Notes: generated by a model from the sequence alone, not told the origin. A stretch of 64,000 bases of DNA from Clostridia bacterium (GCA_017410455.1 JAFQQT010000027.1:15028-79027); one strand, 5' to 3'. Positions 9,222-19,602 are shown, counted from the first letter of the stretch. Numbers and translations are program-made.

Positions 9222-9974
9222 TCAGCTTTCCGCCAGGATGGTGAACTCCCCGGGCAGGGCCGGGTTCTCCCAGGCAGGGTGCTCATCCAGCCGCCGGAGG
9301 GTAAAGCCCGCGCCAATGATGGCATTGACGATCTCGCCCATGGTGTAGCGTCGCAGGCTGCAGCGGGGGAACTTCGCGCGCTCCTCCTCCGGGTAGAAGC
9401 GGGCATGGGCCATCTCCCCCTCCACCACCGAGGCGTCGAAGTAGTCCATCGTCTGCGTCTGCAGCCCCAGCGAATCCAGCACCTTCGTGAAGGGGTGGAA
9501 GTCGCTGCAGATCATCCGCCCGCCGGGGCGGAGCAACCGCCGCATCAGGGCCATGAAGGCGTCCAGGTCGTGGAAGTAATGCAGCACGCCGCCCTCCATG
9601 AACACCACATCGAAGGCGCCGCCGAAGCGCGCCGGGTCGATCTCCATTACGTCGCCCAGCTGGTAATCCAGCTGCACCCCGGCAGCATCGGCCAGTTCAA
9701 GGGCATAGCGCCGGTTGTCCCGGGAAAGATCGAACACCGTCACCTCCGCCCCCAGCAGCGCCAGGGGCACCGCCTTCTTGCCGCATGAGCCGCAGATGTT
9801 GGCCACCTTCAGCCCTCTGCATTCTCCAAAGTACCCGGCATAACGCTTCAGCCCCCGCATGGGGTCAGCCACGAGCTTCGCCGCCAGCTCCTGCGGTTCT
9901 CCGTTGTGCCGCAGCCAGAAGGCGTACGCGTCGTACTCCCAGGCTGCCCGGTTCTGCTGCACATGATCCGCCAT
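9222..9974 (-). CDS. class I SAM-dependent methyltransferase
   Basis: Trimmed to MADHVQQ at 9974 (AAGGAGG RBS). Gly-rich SAM loop ANICGSCGKKA and the acidic VTVFDLS. Confidence 0.75.
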   Translation of the reverse strand: MADHVQQNRAAWEYDAYAFWLRHNGEPQELAAKLVADPMRGLKRYAGYFGECRGLKVANICGSCGKKAVPLALLGAEVTVFDLSRDNRRYALELADAAGVQLDYQLGDVMEIDPARFGGAFDVVFMEGGVLHYFHDLDAFMALMRRLLRPGGRMICSDFHPFTKVLDSLGLQTQTMDYFDASVVEGEMAHARFYPEEERAKFPRCSLRRYTMGEIVNAIIGAGFTLRRLDEHPAWENPALPGEFTILAES

Positions 9975-10037
9975 CGCGATCCTCCTTTCGCCGATGAGAA
10001 CGCCCGCAGCCATCACAGGCCGCGGGCACGCCGGACG

Positions 10038-11171
10038 TCAGTCCGCCGGGTAGTATTCGCCGTAAATGAACTCGTGCAGGGCCTCGACGTTCTCCTGCAG
10101 GCGCTTGCTGGTGCGGAAGGCCACCACCGACGCGCCGGAGGAGGTCTCATCGTATTTCCAGGTGCCGTCCAGGGGGATGCGGTTCTGCTGCAGCAGGGGC
10201 TCGCCGGAACCCACGCGGTCCAGCAGGCCGCTGCCCAGCACAACCATGGCCAGGTTGCCCATGTCGGACAGGCTCATGTTGGTCTTGGCGTAGGGCAGGC
10301 AGGTCTCCAGCAGGCCGAAGAGCTTGTCGAAGTCCATGCCGCCCTCGGTCACCTTGCGGAACAGCAGCTCCAGCAGGTTGCGCTGGCGGGCGGAGCGGGC
10401 AAAGTCGTTGTCGATGGAGCGCAGGCGGGCGTACATGACGGCCTGGATGCCGTCCAGGTGTTGCACGCCGTCCACCTTCTCCAGCGGCACGCGCTCATAA
10501 TCGTCGCCCTGGTTGTCATAGGCCGGGGGATTCTTGCGGATGTAGGTGTTGATGGCGCCGGCTTCCTGGCGGGTCAGCTCGATGTCGATGCCGCCCAGGC
10601 TGTCGATGATGGAGGCCAGGCCGTAGAAGTTGATGACGATGTAGTGCTCGATGTTCATCTCGAAGTTGTGGTTGATGGTACGCATGGCCAGTTCACCGCC
10701 GCCGCGCTGATAGGCCACGTTGATGCGGTTCTTGCTGACGTAGCCGGGGATGGTCACGTACAGGTCGCGCAGGATGGAGGTCAGCTTGATCTCGCCCGTG
10801 TCCTTGTTGATGGACACGATGATCTGCACATCGCCATGCTGGTTGGAGCCGTCAATGTCCTCCGTGCGGCTGTCGATGCCGATGAGCAGGATGTTGACCA
10901 CATTGTCCGGCAGGTTCTCGTTGATCTCCAGGTTGCCCACGTCCACCGTGTCGTCGATCTCCGCATCCAGGATCTCCACGGTTTCCTTCAGGTCATCGGG
11001 GATCACGAAGCCCTCGATCTCCTCGCCGTCCTCGTTGATGGCCACGCCATCCACCACCACGATATCGCCTTCGTCCAGCTCATCCGGCAGCTCCATCTCG
11101 CCCAGGGCGGTCACGCCCAGCAGCAGGGTCAGCGCCAGCAGCAGCGCGGTCAGCTTCTTCATCATGTTCAT
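10038..11171 (-). CDS. LytR-CpsA-Psr (LCP) family cell-envelope phosphotransferase
   Basis: N-terminal signal/anchor and the NILLIGIDSR motif. Confidence 0.85.
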   Translation of the reverse strand: MNMMKKLTALLLALTLLLGVTALGEMELPDELDEGDIVVVDGVAINEDGEEIEGFVIPDDLKETVEILDAEIDDTVDVGNLEINENLPDNVVNILLIGIDSRTEDIDGSNQHGDVQIIVSINKDTGEIKLTSILRDLYVTIPGYVSKNRINVAYQRGGGELAMRTINHNFEMNIEHYIVINFYGLASIIDSLGGIDIELTRQEAGAINTYIRKNPPAYDNQGDDYERVPLEKVDGVQHLDGIQAVMYARLRSIDNDFARSARQRNLLELLFRKVTEGGMDFDKLFGLLETCLPYAKTNMSLSDMGNLAMVVLGSGLLDRVGSGEPLLQQNRIPLDGTWKYDETSSGASVVAFRTSKRLQENVEALHEFIYGEYYPAD

Positions 11172-11247
11172 TCCTGTATTGCCTCCTCGCGGAAAGGTTC
11201 TGTGTGCACTTCATTTATTATAGCGGAACATGCCGGAAAATGCAAGG

Positions 11248-12042
11248 TCAGCCGCCAGATTGTTGCGCCGCCGCCCGCAGGTTCTGCAGCGAAGCTGACA
11301 GCGCCGCCCCGTCCCGGGCGAGGTACTCATAAGGCTCCAGCACCACCGTGCCGTCAAAGCCCTGCAGGCGCAGCCGCCGCATCAGATCCGGCCAGTCGAT
11401 GACTCCCTCCGGCGGCAGGCAGAGCGTGCCATCCGCCGCCACGTCCAGCGCGTGAACGTGCCGCACGCGGTCGCCCATGGCGTCCAGCATCTCCTCCGGC
11501 GTGAAGCCCGCCCGGTGCGCCTGCTTCGTGTCCAGCACGAACTGCACCTCCGGCAGCAGGCGGATCATCGTGCGCACCTCCTGAGGGCCGCGCAGGGCGC
11601 ACCAGTGGACATTCTCCCACAGGACGGTCAGGCCTCGTTCATGGGCGATCTGCTGCATGCGGGCGAAGACCTCCGGCAGGCGGTGGATCCTCTCAGGCTT
11701 CAGCGGCGCATGCACCCCGAAGGGCCCGTGGAACACGTAGTACTGCGCACCCATCTCCCGCCCCGCGTCGCACACGCCGGTGAAGAGGCGGAAGGCGTCC
11801 TCCACCTGCCGGGCGGACCTGCCGAAGAGCTGCTGCTCGAACTGCGTGCCCAGCGGGTGGATGGACGAGCACGGCAGAGCGCCCAGCTTCTCCCGCACCA
11901 CGCGCCCGAAGGCCCCGCAGTACTCCGAGGGCGTCTGCACGAAGACCTCCGCCGCCTCCGCCGGGTAATCCCGCACGAGGGCCGCCGCGTCCTCCGTTTC
12001 GCACTGGCCATAGAAGGCCGCGCAGCTCAGGCCGATCCTCAC
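11248..12042 (-). CDS. sugar phosphate isomerase/epimerase (xylose-isomerase-like TIM barrel)
   Basis: Track ORF trimmed to the GTG at 12042, which overlaps the upstream stop (GTGA). VRIGLSCAAFYG...VLEPYEY is typical of the family. Confidence 0.65.
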   Translation of the reverse strand: MRIGLSCAAFYGQCETEDAAALVRDYPAEAAEVFVQTPSEYCGAFGRVVREKLGALPCSSIHPLGTQFEQQLFGRSARQVEDAFRLFTGVCDAGREMGAQYYVFHGPFGVHAPLKPERIHRLPEVFARMQQIAHERGLTVLWENVHWCALRGPQEVRTMIRLLPEVQFVLDTKQAHRAGFTPEEMLDAMGDRVRHVHALDVAADGTLCLPPEGVIDWPDLMRRLRLQGFDGTVVLEPYEYLARDGAALSASLQNLRAAAQQSGG

Positions 12043-12626
12043 TGCGCGCCGCCCCCGTTCAGTTCGTCCAGGGAAAGCTCGAAGGAGGGCAGGAACATGC
12101 GCAGGAAGTCCTGCACCTCCGGCAGGTCGATGGCCTCCAGGCTCTGCCGGATGGACTCCCCCGCCGCCTCGAACTCCCGGTTGCCGGCGCGCTTCTCCTC
12201 GATGCACTTCAGGTACGCGCTGATGGAGTCCGCCGCCTTGACCACCGCGCGATCGTAGCCTTCCGGTTCGGTCAGGTAGGGGCGGATGGCCGGCTGCAGG
12301 CTGCCGGGCAGCATCGACAGCAGGCGCTCGTTGGCCATGCGCTCCACATCCTTGTACGCGCCGCGCAGCTCCATGGAGTGGTACTTGACGGGCGTGGGCA
12401 TATCGCCGGTGATGACCTCGGACACGTCATGGTACACGCCCAGGGCAAGGATGTGCTCCGGATCGCAGGCCCGGCCATAGCTGTCCCGGCCGATGGCGGC
12501 GATGGCATGGGCGATCATCGCCACCTGCAGGGAGTGCTCCGCGTCGTTCTCCGGCATCACGGAGCGCATCAGGCCCCACCGGCGGATGTAGCGCAGGCGG
12601 GCCACATAGGCAAAGAAATGATGCAT
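12039..12626 (-). CDS. HD-domain 5'-deoxynucleotidase (YfbR-like)
   Basis: AEHSLQVAMIAH ... YHDVSEVITGD HD motifs. GGAGG RBS. Confidence 0.75.
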   Translation of the reverse strand: MHHFFAYVARLRYIRRWGLMRSVMPENDAEHSLQVAMIAHAIAAIGRDSYGRACDPEHILALGVYHDVSEVITGDMPTPVKYHSMELRGAYKDVERMANERLLSMLPGSLQPAIRPYLTEPEGYDRAVVKAADSISAYLKCIEEKRAGNREFEAAGESIRQSLEAIDLPEVQDFLRMFLPSFELSLDELNGGGAQ

Positions 12627-12788
12627 ATCAGCACCTCCACATCATATGAACGAACCTATTGTACCCCATAATCCCGCAAAATGCGATAGGCTGCGGAAAA
12701 TTTCGCTCCCAGGCTGCAAAAACCGTTTCACCCCGCCCGCCGGTGCGGTATAATGTGTGTACGAAACATCCCGAACGGAGGTCATCCC

Positions 12789-13490
12789 ATGATCCGCAAA
12801 ATCATCCGCATCGACGAAAGCAGGTGCAACGGCTGCGGCCTGTGCGCAAAGGCGTGCCACGAGGGCGCCATCGGCATGGTGGACGGCAAAGCGAAGCTGC
12901 TGCGCGAGGATTACTGCGACGGCCTGGGCGACTGCCTGCCCGCCTGCCCCGTGAACGCCATCTCCTTTGAGGAGCGCGAGGCCCCCGCCTACAATGAGGC
13001 CGCCGTGCTGGCCGCAAAGGCTGCCAGGGCCGCTGCTGAGAAGGCGCCCCTTCCCTGCGGCTGCCCCGGCTCGGCCTGCCAGAGCATCCGGCAGAAGCCC
13101 GCCGAAGCCGCTTCCTTCGAGGTTCCCAGCCGCCTGCGCAACTTCCCCGTGCAGCTGCAGCTGGCTCCAGTGACCGCCCCCTGGTTTGACGGCGCGGACC
13201 TGCTCATCGCCGCCGACTGCACCGCCTATGCCTGCGGCGACTTCCACCGGCAGTTCATCGATGGCCGCGTGACCCTCATCGCCTGCCCGAAGCTGGATGA
13301 GGCCGACTATGCCTCGAAGCTGGCCGAGATCCTCATCTGCAATGACGTGCGCTCCATCACCGTCACCCGCATGACCGTCCCCTGCTGCGGCAGCCTCACC
13401 TACGCCGTGCAGCAGGCCATCGCCATGTCCGGCAGGGACGTCCCCCTGCGCGTGGTCACCATCAGCCCCGACGGGACGATCCGGGCATAA
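12789..13490 (+). CDS. 4Fe-4S dicluster domain protein
   Basis: Trimmed to MIRKII at 12789 (GGAGG RBS). Motifs CNGCGLCAKAC and CDGLGDCLPACP. Confidence 0.6.
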   Translation: MIRKIIRIDESRCNGCGLCAKACHEGAIGMVDGKAKLLREDYCDGLGDCLPACPVNAISFEEREAPAYNEAAVLAAKAARAAAEKAPLPCGCPGSACQSIRQKPAEAASFEVPSRLRNFPVQLQLAPVTAPWFDGADLLIAADCTAYACGDFHRQFIDGRVTLIACPKLDEADYASKLAEILICNDVRSITVTRMTVPCCGSLTYAVQQAIAMSGRDVPLRVVTISPDGTIRA

Positions 13491-13506
13491 GTCCCGAACA
13501 AAATGG

Positions 13507-13534
13507 TTGACAATCCGCCGGAAAGTGCTATAAT
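13507..13534 (+). promoter_or_regulatory. promoter of the TPP riboswitch-thiT unit
   Basis: TTGACA, 16-nt spacer, TATAAT. Confidence 0.55.
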
Positions 13535-13555
13535 AGAACACGAAAATCGCATCCA

Positions 13556-13639
13556 CCGCTGGGGGTGCGGCACGGGAAACCGCCGCCGCTGAGATACACC
13601 CTTGGAACCTGTGTAGGTCATCCTACCGTAGGGAAGCGG
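13556..13639 (+). promoter_or_regulatory. TPP (THI-box) riboswitch
   Basis: CTGGGGGTGC...CTGAGATACACCC..GGAACCTG...GGTCATCCTACCGTAGGGAAGCGG matches the THI element. A GGCA-ATTCG-TGCC hairpin followed by GTTTT lies just downstream. Confidence 0.85.
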
Positions 13640-13792
13640 GGCAATTCGTGCCGTTTTCGTGTAGATCCGGACTACAGGAAAACCCCGAATGGCCATCCTG
13701 CTTTCCCGCGTACACACGCGGGTTTTTCATTTGCGTAAGAGTCGGGGAAACTCCGGCTTGACAGGATGCGTCGCAAAGGAGGATTTTCACCC

Positions 13793-14464
13793 ATGAACGA
13801 GTTTTTTGCCAACATGTTTGAAGACGTGGCCGAGATGTCCGTTGGCGGCTGGCTGCTGATGGCCGTGCTGCTTGCGGGCGGTATCGCCGCCTTCGTGTTT
13901 CTGCGCCGCAGGACCGGCAAGTCCTTCTGGACGGCCCGCACCATGTCCGTGGGCGCAATGTGCATGGCCCTGGCCTCGGTGCTCAGCCTCATCAAGCTCC
14001 TGCCCATGCCCATGGGTGGCTCGCTTACCCCTGCCAGCATGCTGCCTCTGCTGCTCTTCGCCTATGTGTACGGCACCGTCCCCGGTCTGACGCTGGGCGC
14101 GCTCTACGGCGTGATGCAGTTCATCCTCGATGGCGGCCAGTGGATCTGGACGGGTGCGATCCCGAACCTGCTGGACTACCCCATCGCATTCGGCCTGCTG
14201 GGTCTGGCCGGCCTGTTCAACCGCATGGAGAACGAGAAGAAAGGCCTTTCCCTCGGCTTCCTGCTGGGCTGCTTCGGCCGTTTCCTCGCCTCTTTCACCT
14301 CTGGCGTGGTCTTCTACGCCGAGTGGGCGCCCGAAGGCATGCACCCCGCCGTGTACTCTGCCGGGTATAATGCCGCCTACATGCTGCCGGAGTGCATCCT
14401 GTGCATCGCTATTGGCATCTTCATCGCGCCGCGCCTGGTGCGCGAGCTGCGCAAGGTCAGGTAA
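13793..14464 (+). CDS. thiT: ECF-type thiamine transporter S component (ThiT-like)
   Basis: Polytopic membrane protein containing PMGGSLTPASMLPLL. It sits directly behind the TPP riboswitch. Start taken at MNEFF after AAAGGAGG. Confidence 0.75.
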   Translation: MNEFFANMFEDVAEMSVGGWLLMAVLLAGGIAAFVFLRRRTGKSFWTARTMSVGAMCMALASVLSLIKLLPMPMGGSLTPASMLPLLLFAYVYGTVPGLTLGALYGVMQFILDGGQWIWTGAIPNLLDYPIAFGLLGLAGLFNRMENEKKGLSLGFLLGCFGRFLASFTSGVVFYAEWAPEGMHPAVYSAGYNAAYMLPECILCIAIGIFIAPRLVRELRKVR

Positions 14465-14476
14465 ACATGCTTCCCG

Positions 14477-14507
14477 GAGCCGCGTCCGCAAAAGGCGCGG
14501 CTCTTTT
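14477..14507 (+). terminator. rho-independent terminator after thiT
   Basis: GAGCCGCG..CGCGGCTC followed by TTTT. Confidence 0.6.
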
Positions 14508-14589
14508 CCTGTTTTTGCGCAGGATTTTCCCGCCCCCGCGGCGAAAGGTTATCCACATTCCATCCATCAACACGCAGGAGGACTCCCCC

Positions 14590-15510
14590 ATGCTTGACAT
14601 CTGCACCCTGGGCACCGGCGGCACCATGCCCCTGCCCGACCGCGCCCTGTCCGCGCTCTACGTCCGCGTGGGCGGGCGGAGCCTGCTCATCGACTGCGGC
14701 GAGGGCACGCAGGTGGGCGTACAGAAGCTCGGCTGGGGCATGCAGTGCATCGACGGCATCCTCATCAGCCACTACCACGCCGACCACGTTTCCGGCCTGC
14801 CGGGGATGCTGCTGGCGCTGACCAAGGCACAGCGCCAAGAGCCGCTGCACATATACGGCCCCGTGGGGCTGCCCTACATCGTGGGCGGGCTGCGGGTCAT
14901 CGCGCCGCAATTGTCCTTCCCCATCGTGCTGCACGAACTGAAGGAGGATCTGTCGCCCTTCCACATCATCGGGCTGGAGGTCACGCCCTTCCCGCTGGAT
15001 CACGGCATGCCCTGCCTGGGGTACCGGCTGCACCTGCCCCGCGCGGCGGTCTTTGACGCCGAAAAGGCGCGGGCGGCCGGCGTCCCCGTCCCCCTGTGGA
15101 AGCGCCTGCAAAAGGGCGAAACCGTCACCGAGAACGGCCGCACCTTCACCCCGGCGGACGTGATGGGCGCGCCCCGCCCCGGCATCACCGTCCTGTGCGC
15201 CACGGACACCCGCCCCGTGGACGCCATCCCCGACCTGGGCTTCCGCTGCGACATGATGATCCTGGAGGGCATGTACGGCGCGGAGGAGAAGTACCCCCTC
15301 GCCCTCAAGAACCACCACATGCTCTTCCGCGAGGCCGCCGCCCTGGCCCGGGACGCCGAAGCCGGTCAGCTGGTGCTGACCCACTTCAGCACCAGCATCG
15401 AAGCGCCGGAGGATTTCCTGCCCAACGCCACGGCCATCTTCCCGGACACCGTCTGCGCCACAGACGGGCAGACGTGGACGCTGCGCTACCCACAGGGCGA
15501 TAGTAATTAA
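14590..15510 (+). CDS. rnz: ribonuclease Z / MBL-fold hydrolase
   Basis: Trimmed to MLDICTLGTGG at 14590 (AGGAGG RBS). ISHYHADHVSG motif. Length 306 aa. Confidence 0.7.
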   Translation: MLDICTLGTGGTMPLPDRALSALYVRVGGRSLLIDCGEGTQVGVQKLGWGMQCIDGILISHYHADHVSGLPGMLLALTKAQRQEPLHIYGPVGLPYIVGGLRVIAPQLSFPIVLHELKEDLSPFHIIGLEVTPFPLDHGMPCLGYRLHLPRAAVFDAEKARAAGVPVPLWKRLQKGETVTENGRTFTPADVMGAPRPGITVLCATDTRPVDAIPDLGFRCDMMILEGMYGAEEKYPLALKNHHMLFREAAALARDAEAGQLVLTHFSTSIEAPEDFLPNATAIFPDTVCATDGQTWTLRYPQGDSN

Positions 15511-15621
15511 TCATGAATTATGAATTAGGAATGTATCCTGCGGCACGGCCTTTACAAGCCGGCACAACACTCCAAATTCATCATTCATAATTCATAATTC
15601 ATAATTCATAAGTCATAATTA
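15505..15621. repeat. AT-rich module pair forming a long inverted repeat
   Basis: AATTAATCATGAATTATGAATTAGGAATG at 15505-15533 faces CCAAATTCATCATTCATAATTCATAATTCATAATTCATAAGTCATAATT at 15572-15621. Confidence 0.8.
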
Positions 15622-15637
15622 ACCCAAGGGGGGTTCC

Positions 15638-16231
15638 ATGGAACAGTTCAACCACAAGCTCACCCAGTTCTTCTCCCACCTCTGGCCGGCGGAGGAGAAG
15701 GTGCTCGTCTTTGGCGAGGGCAACGCCGACCATCCGGCCATCATGCTCATCGGCGAAGCCCCCGGCGAGCAGGAGACGCTGCAGCGCCGCCCCTTCGTGG
15801 GCAAGGCCGGGAAGAACCTGGACGGCTTCCTGCAGGTCGTGGGGCTGCAGCGGGAGGCGCTGTACATCACCAACGTGGTCAAGATCCGCCCGACGAAGGT
15901 CAGCGAAAAGGGCCGCCTGTCGAACCGCCCGCCGAATAAGGAAGAGCTGGCACTGTTCACGCCCTTCCTGATGGAGGAGATATGGCGGGTGCAGCCCCGG
16001 CTCATCGTCACCCTGGGCAACACGCCGCTCAAGGCGCTCATGGGCGCGAAGGCCGTCATCGGCAGCCTCCACGGCAGCATGCAGACGGCCACTGTCGCCC
16101 ATGAAAAGCAGTCCGCCGACTTCCCCATCTTCCCCCTGTACCACCCGGCCAGCATCATCTATAACCGGGCGCTGCAGGCGGTGTACCAGGCGGATCTGCT
16201 GGCGCTGAAGGCCCTGCTGGCAGAGGGGTGA
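15638..16231 (+). CDS. uracil-DNA glycosylase, family 4
   Basis: MLIGEAPGEQE..RPFVGKAG and the C-terminal LYHPASII. Confidence 0.85.
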   Translation: MEQFNHKLTQFFSHLWPAEEKVLVFGEGNADHPAIMLIGEAPGEQETLQRRPFVGKAGKNLDGFLQVVGLQREALYITNVVKIRPTKVSEKGRLSNRPPNKEELALFTPFLMEEIWRVQPRLIVTLGNTPLKALMGAKAVIGSLHGSMQTATVAHEKQSADFPIFPLYHPASIIYNRALQAVYQADLLALKALLAEG

Positions 16232-16700
16232 CGAATACCAGCGCATCCGCAGGGGCGACTATCAGCCACCCGCATGCCGCATCACCCGATTGTCGCTAAG
16301 GGGCGCACAACGCCAGGCTGCTGCGCATCAGCGCTGCCCTCTGACGACCCACATCGCCGCAGGACACCTCATCACCGCCTGCGGGCGGAGTTTCCCCTCA
16401 AGGGGAAGCCGGGGAAGAATCCGTGCTGGGCAGCTGAAGGCTCTCCCTCAGGGAGAGCTGTCCCGAAGGCACCGAGAGGGGGCTCCCGGCAACGCGCAAC
16501 CATGCCACAGTCCCACGCGGGCGCAAGCATGACCGAAGGCACTCTACTCAATCGCGAGCCGGGTCCAGCGTCACGCTGGTGTCATTTCAGACGCGAAAAT
16601 GTATCTTTGGAGCAAAGCCTATGGCCAAACCCTGTGGCCTGTGCTATACTGCAAGCGTGGTAAGAACCCGGGAAACCCCCGGTAACCCTTGAAGGAAGGA
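16232..16700 (+). repeat. composite GC-rich intergenic repeat (contains the C module and the CTATCAG hairpin)
   Basis: GGCGACTATCAGCCACC hairpin near 16253. CACCTCATCACCGCCTGCGGGCGGAGTTTCCCCTCAAGGGGAAGCCGGGG at 16365-16414. Confidence 0.75.
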
Positions 16701-16711
16701 GGACAAATGCT

Positions 16712-17218
16712 ATGACTGAACTACTGAACTTCTGTGCGGAGAACCTGCCGATTCTGGTTTGCTTCTTCGCGGGCATCGGCTTCCTGATCCTGGAAGTGTT
16801 CATGCCGGGCTTCGGCATGCCGGGCATCACCGGCTGCGCGCTGGAAGTGATCGCACTGGTGCTGACCTGGTTCCATCACGGCGCCATGGCCACCCTGGGC
16901 ATGCTGCTGATCGTGCTGGCGGTGCTGGCCATCGCCATCTCGACGTCGCTGCGAAGCCTCTCCAGGGGCAAGATGAGCAAGAGCAAGCTGATCCTGCACG
17001 AAACGGAGAGCAACGAAGCCGGCTACCGCGCCACGGAGGACATGGAGGTCTTCATCGGCCGCGAAGGCACGACCAGCACGGTGCTGCGCCCCACGGGCAT
17101 CGCCGATTTCGACGGCGTGCGCATGAACGTGTCCAGCGAGGGCGGCTACATCCCCGCCGGATCGAAGATCCGCATCATCAGCGTCGAGGGCCAGAAGATC
17201 CTCGTGCGCGCCATCTGA
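16712..17218 (+). CDS. NfeD-family membrane protein
   Basis: N-terminal TM helices plus a C-terminal OB-like segment GREGTTSTVLRPTGIADFDGVRMNV. Confidence 0.8.
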   Translation: MTELLNFCAENLPILVCFFAGIGFLILEVFMPGFGMPGITGCALEVIALVLTWFHHGAMATLGMLLIVLAVLAIAISTSLRSLSRGKMSKSKLILHETESNEAGYRATEDMEVFIGREGTTSTVLRPTGIADFDGVRMNVSSEGGYIPAGSKIRIISVEGQKILVRAI

Positions 17219-17278
17219 TTCCCCGCTGCCAATGTCAACCCGCCGCGCTCTGCGGCAGAAAAATAGGGAGGTAACATC

Positions 17279-18274
17279 ATGGAACCCATGGCTTGGATCA
17301 TTCTCATCATCGCGCTGGTCTTCATTGGCCTGTGCATCTTCCTCAGCTTCGTGCCCCTGGGCCTGTGGATCAGCGCCCTGGCCAGCGGCGTACGCATCTC
17401 CATCGGCTCCCTGGTGGGCATGAAGATCCGCCGCGTGCAGCCCAAGCGCCTGGTCAGCCCGCTGATCAAGGCCCGCAAGGCCGGTCTGGATGTGACCATC
17501 AACCAGCTGGAAACCCATCTGCTGGCCGGCGGTAACGTCGATCGCGTCATCAACGCCCTCATCGCTGCCCAGCGCGCCAACATCGACCTGCCCTTCGAGA
17601 AGGCCTGCGCCATCGACCTGGCCGGCCGCGACGTGTTCCAGGCCGTGCAGATGAGCGTCACCCCCAAGGTCATCGAGACCCCCGTGGTCGCCGCCATCGC
17701 CAAGGACGGCATCGAGCTGCGCGCCAAGGCCCGCGTGACCGTGCGCACCGACATCAGCCGCCTGGTGGGCGGCGCGGGTGAAGAGACCGTCATCGCCCGC
17801 GTCGGCGAGGGTATCGTCACCACCGTCGGTTCCGCCGACAGCCACAAGGCCGTTCTGGAGAACCCCGACCTGATCAGCCGCACCGTGCTGGCCAAGGGCC
17901 TGGACGCCGGTACCGCCTATGAGATCCTCTCCATCGACATCGCGGACGTGGACGTGGGCCGCAACATCGGCGCACAGCTGATGATGGATCAGGCCGAGGC
18001 CGACCGCCGCATCGCCCAGGCGAAGGCCGAGGAGCGCCGCGCCATGGCTGTCGCCCATGAGCAGGAGATGAAGGCCGCCGTGCAGGAGATGCGCGCCAAG
18101 GTTGTCGAGGCCGAGGCCGAGGTGCCGCGCGCCATGGCCGCCGCCCTGCGCGAGGGCAAGCTGGGCGTGATGGACTACTACCAGATGCAGAACACCATCG
18201 CCGACACCACCATGCGCGATTCCATCGCCAAGGCCAGCCAGCCGCAGTCCACCGTCCTGCCCGAAAAGAAGTAA
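17279..18274 (+). CDS. floA: flotillin-like protein FloA (UPF0365/SPFH)
   Basis: [26 protein letters not shown]...[15 protein letters not shown] is a typical FloA sequence. Confidence 0.9.
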   Translation: MEPMAWIILIIALVFIGLCIFLSFVPLGLWISALASGVRISIGSLVGMKIRRVQPKRLVSPLIKARKAGLDVTINQLETHLLAGGNVDRVINALIAAQRANIDLPFEKACAIDLAGRDVFQAVQMSVTPKVIETPVVAAIAKDGIELRAKARVTVRTDISRLVGGAGEETVIARVGEGIVTTVGSADSHKAVLENPDLISRTVLAKGLDAGTAYEILSIDIADVDVGRNIGAQLMMDQAEADRRIAQAKAEERRAMAVAHEQEMKAAVQEMRAKVVEAEAEVPRAMAAALREGKLGVMDYYQMQNTIADTTMRDSIAKASQPQSTVLPEKK

Positions 18275-18312
18275 GGCCGGACGGCTGACACTTCAGGAAG
18301 GGAGGGACGCCT

Positions 18313-18768
18313 GTGGAAGAACTCGCTGGACTCATTCCGGTTTTCATCATCGCCATCATCAGCATCATCAGCAAGGCCAACGCCAAGAACAAAAAGGCGC
18401 AGCAGCACACGAACCAGTCGTTCATAGCCGCCCGCCCGCCGCAGGCCCAGCCGGCAGCAAAGCCGGCCATCACCCCGCCTGCGCCCGTGACAGCGCCGCC
18501 CGTGCCGCGCACCGCAGCGCAGCCCACCGTGCACACCCATTACCAGCCGGACTGCGAAACGCACGACGCGCCCGGCGGCAGCCTGAACGCACAGAGCACC
18601 GAGGGCAAGGACCCCTGCCACGAGCAGCAGCTGCCCCCGCGCCGCACCGCCGTGCAGGAAGCCCCCGCCGAGCGGCCCGGGCTGACGCTGGACTGGTCCG
18701 CCGACGCGATGGTCAGGGCCTTCGTGATGCAGGAGGTGCTCACCCGCCCCTGCCAGCGCCGCCGCTGA
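18313..18768 (+). CDS. hypothetical membrane-anchored Pro/Ala-rich protein
   Basis: GTG start after GGGAGGG. One N-terminal TM helix followed by a low-complexity PAxP region. Confidence 0.45.
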   Translation: MEELAGLIPVFIIAIISIISKANAKNKKAQQHTNQSFIAARPPQAQPAAKPAITPPAPVTAPPVPRTAAQPTVHTHYQPDCETHDAPGGSLNAQSTEGKDPCHEQQLPPRRTAVQEAPAERPGLTLDWSADAMVRAFVMQEVLTRPCQRRR

Positions 18769-18846
18769 CCCGATAACAGCACCCCCGGGGGAGTGGCCGC
18801 ACGCCGCGGCTGCTCCCCTTTCGCAACGCACCGAAGGAGACGCATT

Positions 18847-19602
18847 ATGGAGAAGATCAGGGTCGTCATCGCCGACGACAACGAAGCCATGCGCATGATC
18901 GAGCGCAAGATGATCGCCCGGGTGGAGGGCTTCGAGCTGGTGGGCGAGGCCTGTGACGGCCTGGAGTGCATCCGGCTGGTGGAGCAGCTGCACCCGCAGA
19001 TCGTCTTCCTGGACGTGGAAATGCCCGGAAAGACCGGCGTGGAGGCCGCCCGCGTCATCCAGGACCTGGACCCGGCCATCATCCTCATCTTCGCCACCGC
19101 CCACGACCAGTACATGGGCGACGCCTTCGAGGTCTATGCCTTCGATTACCTGATCAAGCCCTTCCGGGTGGAGCGGGTGCTGCAGACGCTGGAGCGCGCC
19201 CGCGACCGCCTGCGCCCCGACCGGGATGAGGAGGAAAAGCTCCCCCTCCCCGCCGCGCCCCGCAGGAAGGCCGCCGACCGCCTCATGCTCCACCACCGCG
19301 AGGGCGTGTCCTTCGTCAACACCGGGGACATCGTGCTCGTGCAGCGCGAGGACCGCGCCACCGTCATCTACACCCGGGACGGGGGCCGCTACGTCACCGG
19401 CGACAGCCTCGCCGAGACCGAGGCCCGCCTGGACCCCAGCGTTTTCTTCCGCTGCCACAAGAGCTACATCATCAACCTCAACTTCATCAGCAACATCACG
19501 CCCTACGGCCGCTGGACCTATATCGTGCGCCTGAAGGACATCTCCCAGGATGCGCTGATCACCCATGAGAAGTACGAGGAGCTGGAGAAGCTCTTCTCGT
19601 GA
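18847..19602 (+). CDS. LytTR-family response regulator
   Basis: Trimmed to MEKIRVVIADD. Receiver domain FLDVEMPGKTG and LytTR domain FFRCHKSYIINLNFI. Confidence 0.85.
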   Translation: MEKIRVVIADDNEAMRMIERKMIARVEGFELVGEACDGLECIRLVEQLHPQIVFLDVEMPGKTGVEAARVIQDLDPAIILIFATAHDQYMGDAFEVYAFDYLIKPFRVERVLQTLERARDRLRPDRDEEEKLPLPAAPRRKAADRLMLHHREGVSFVNTGDIVLVQREDRATVIYTRDGGRYVTGDSLAETEARLDPSVFFRCHKSYIINLNFISNITPYGRWTYIVRLKDISQDALITHEKYEELEKLFS

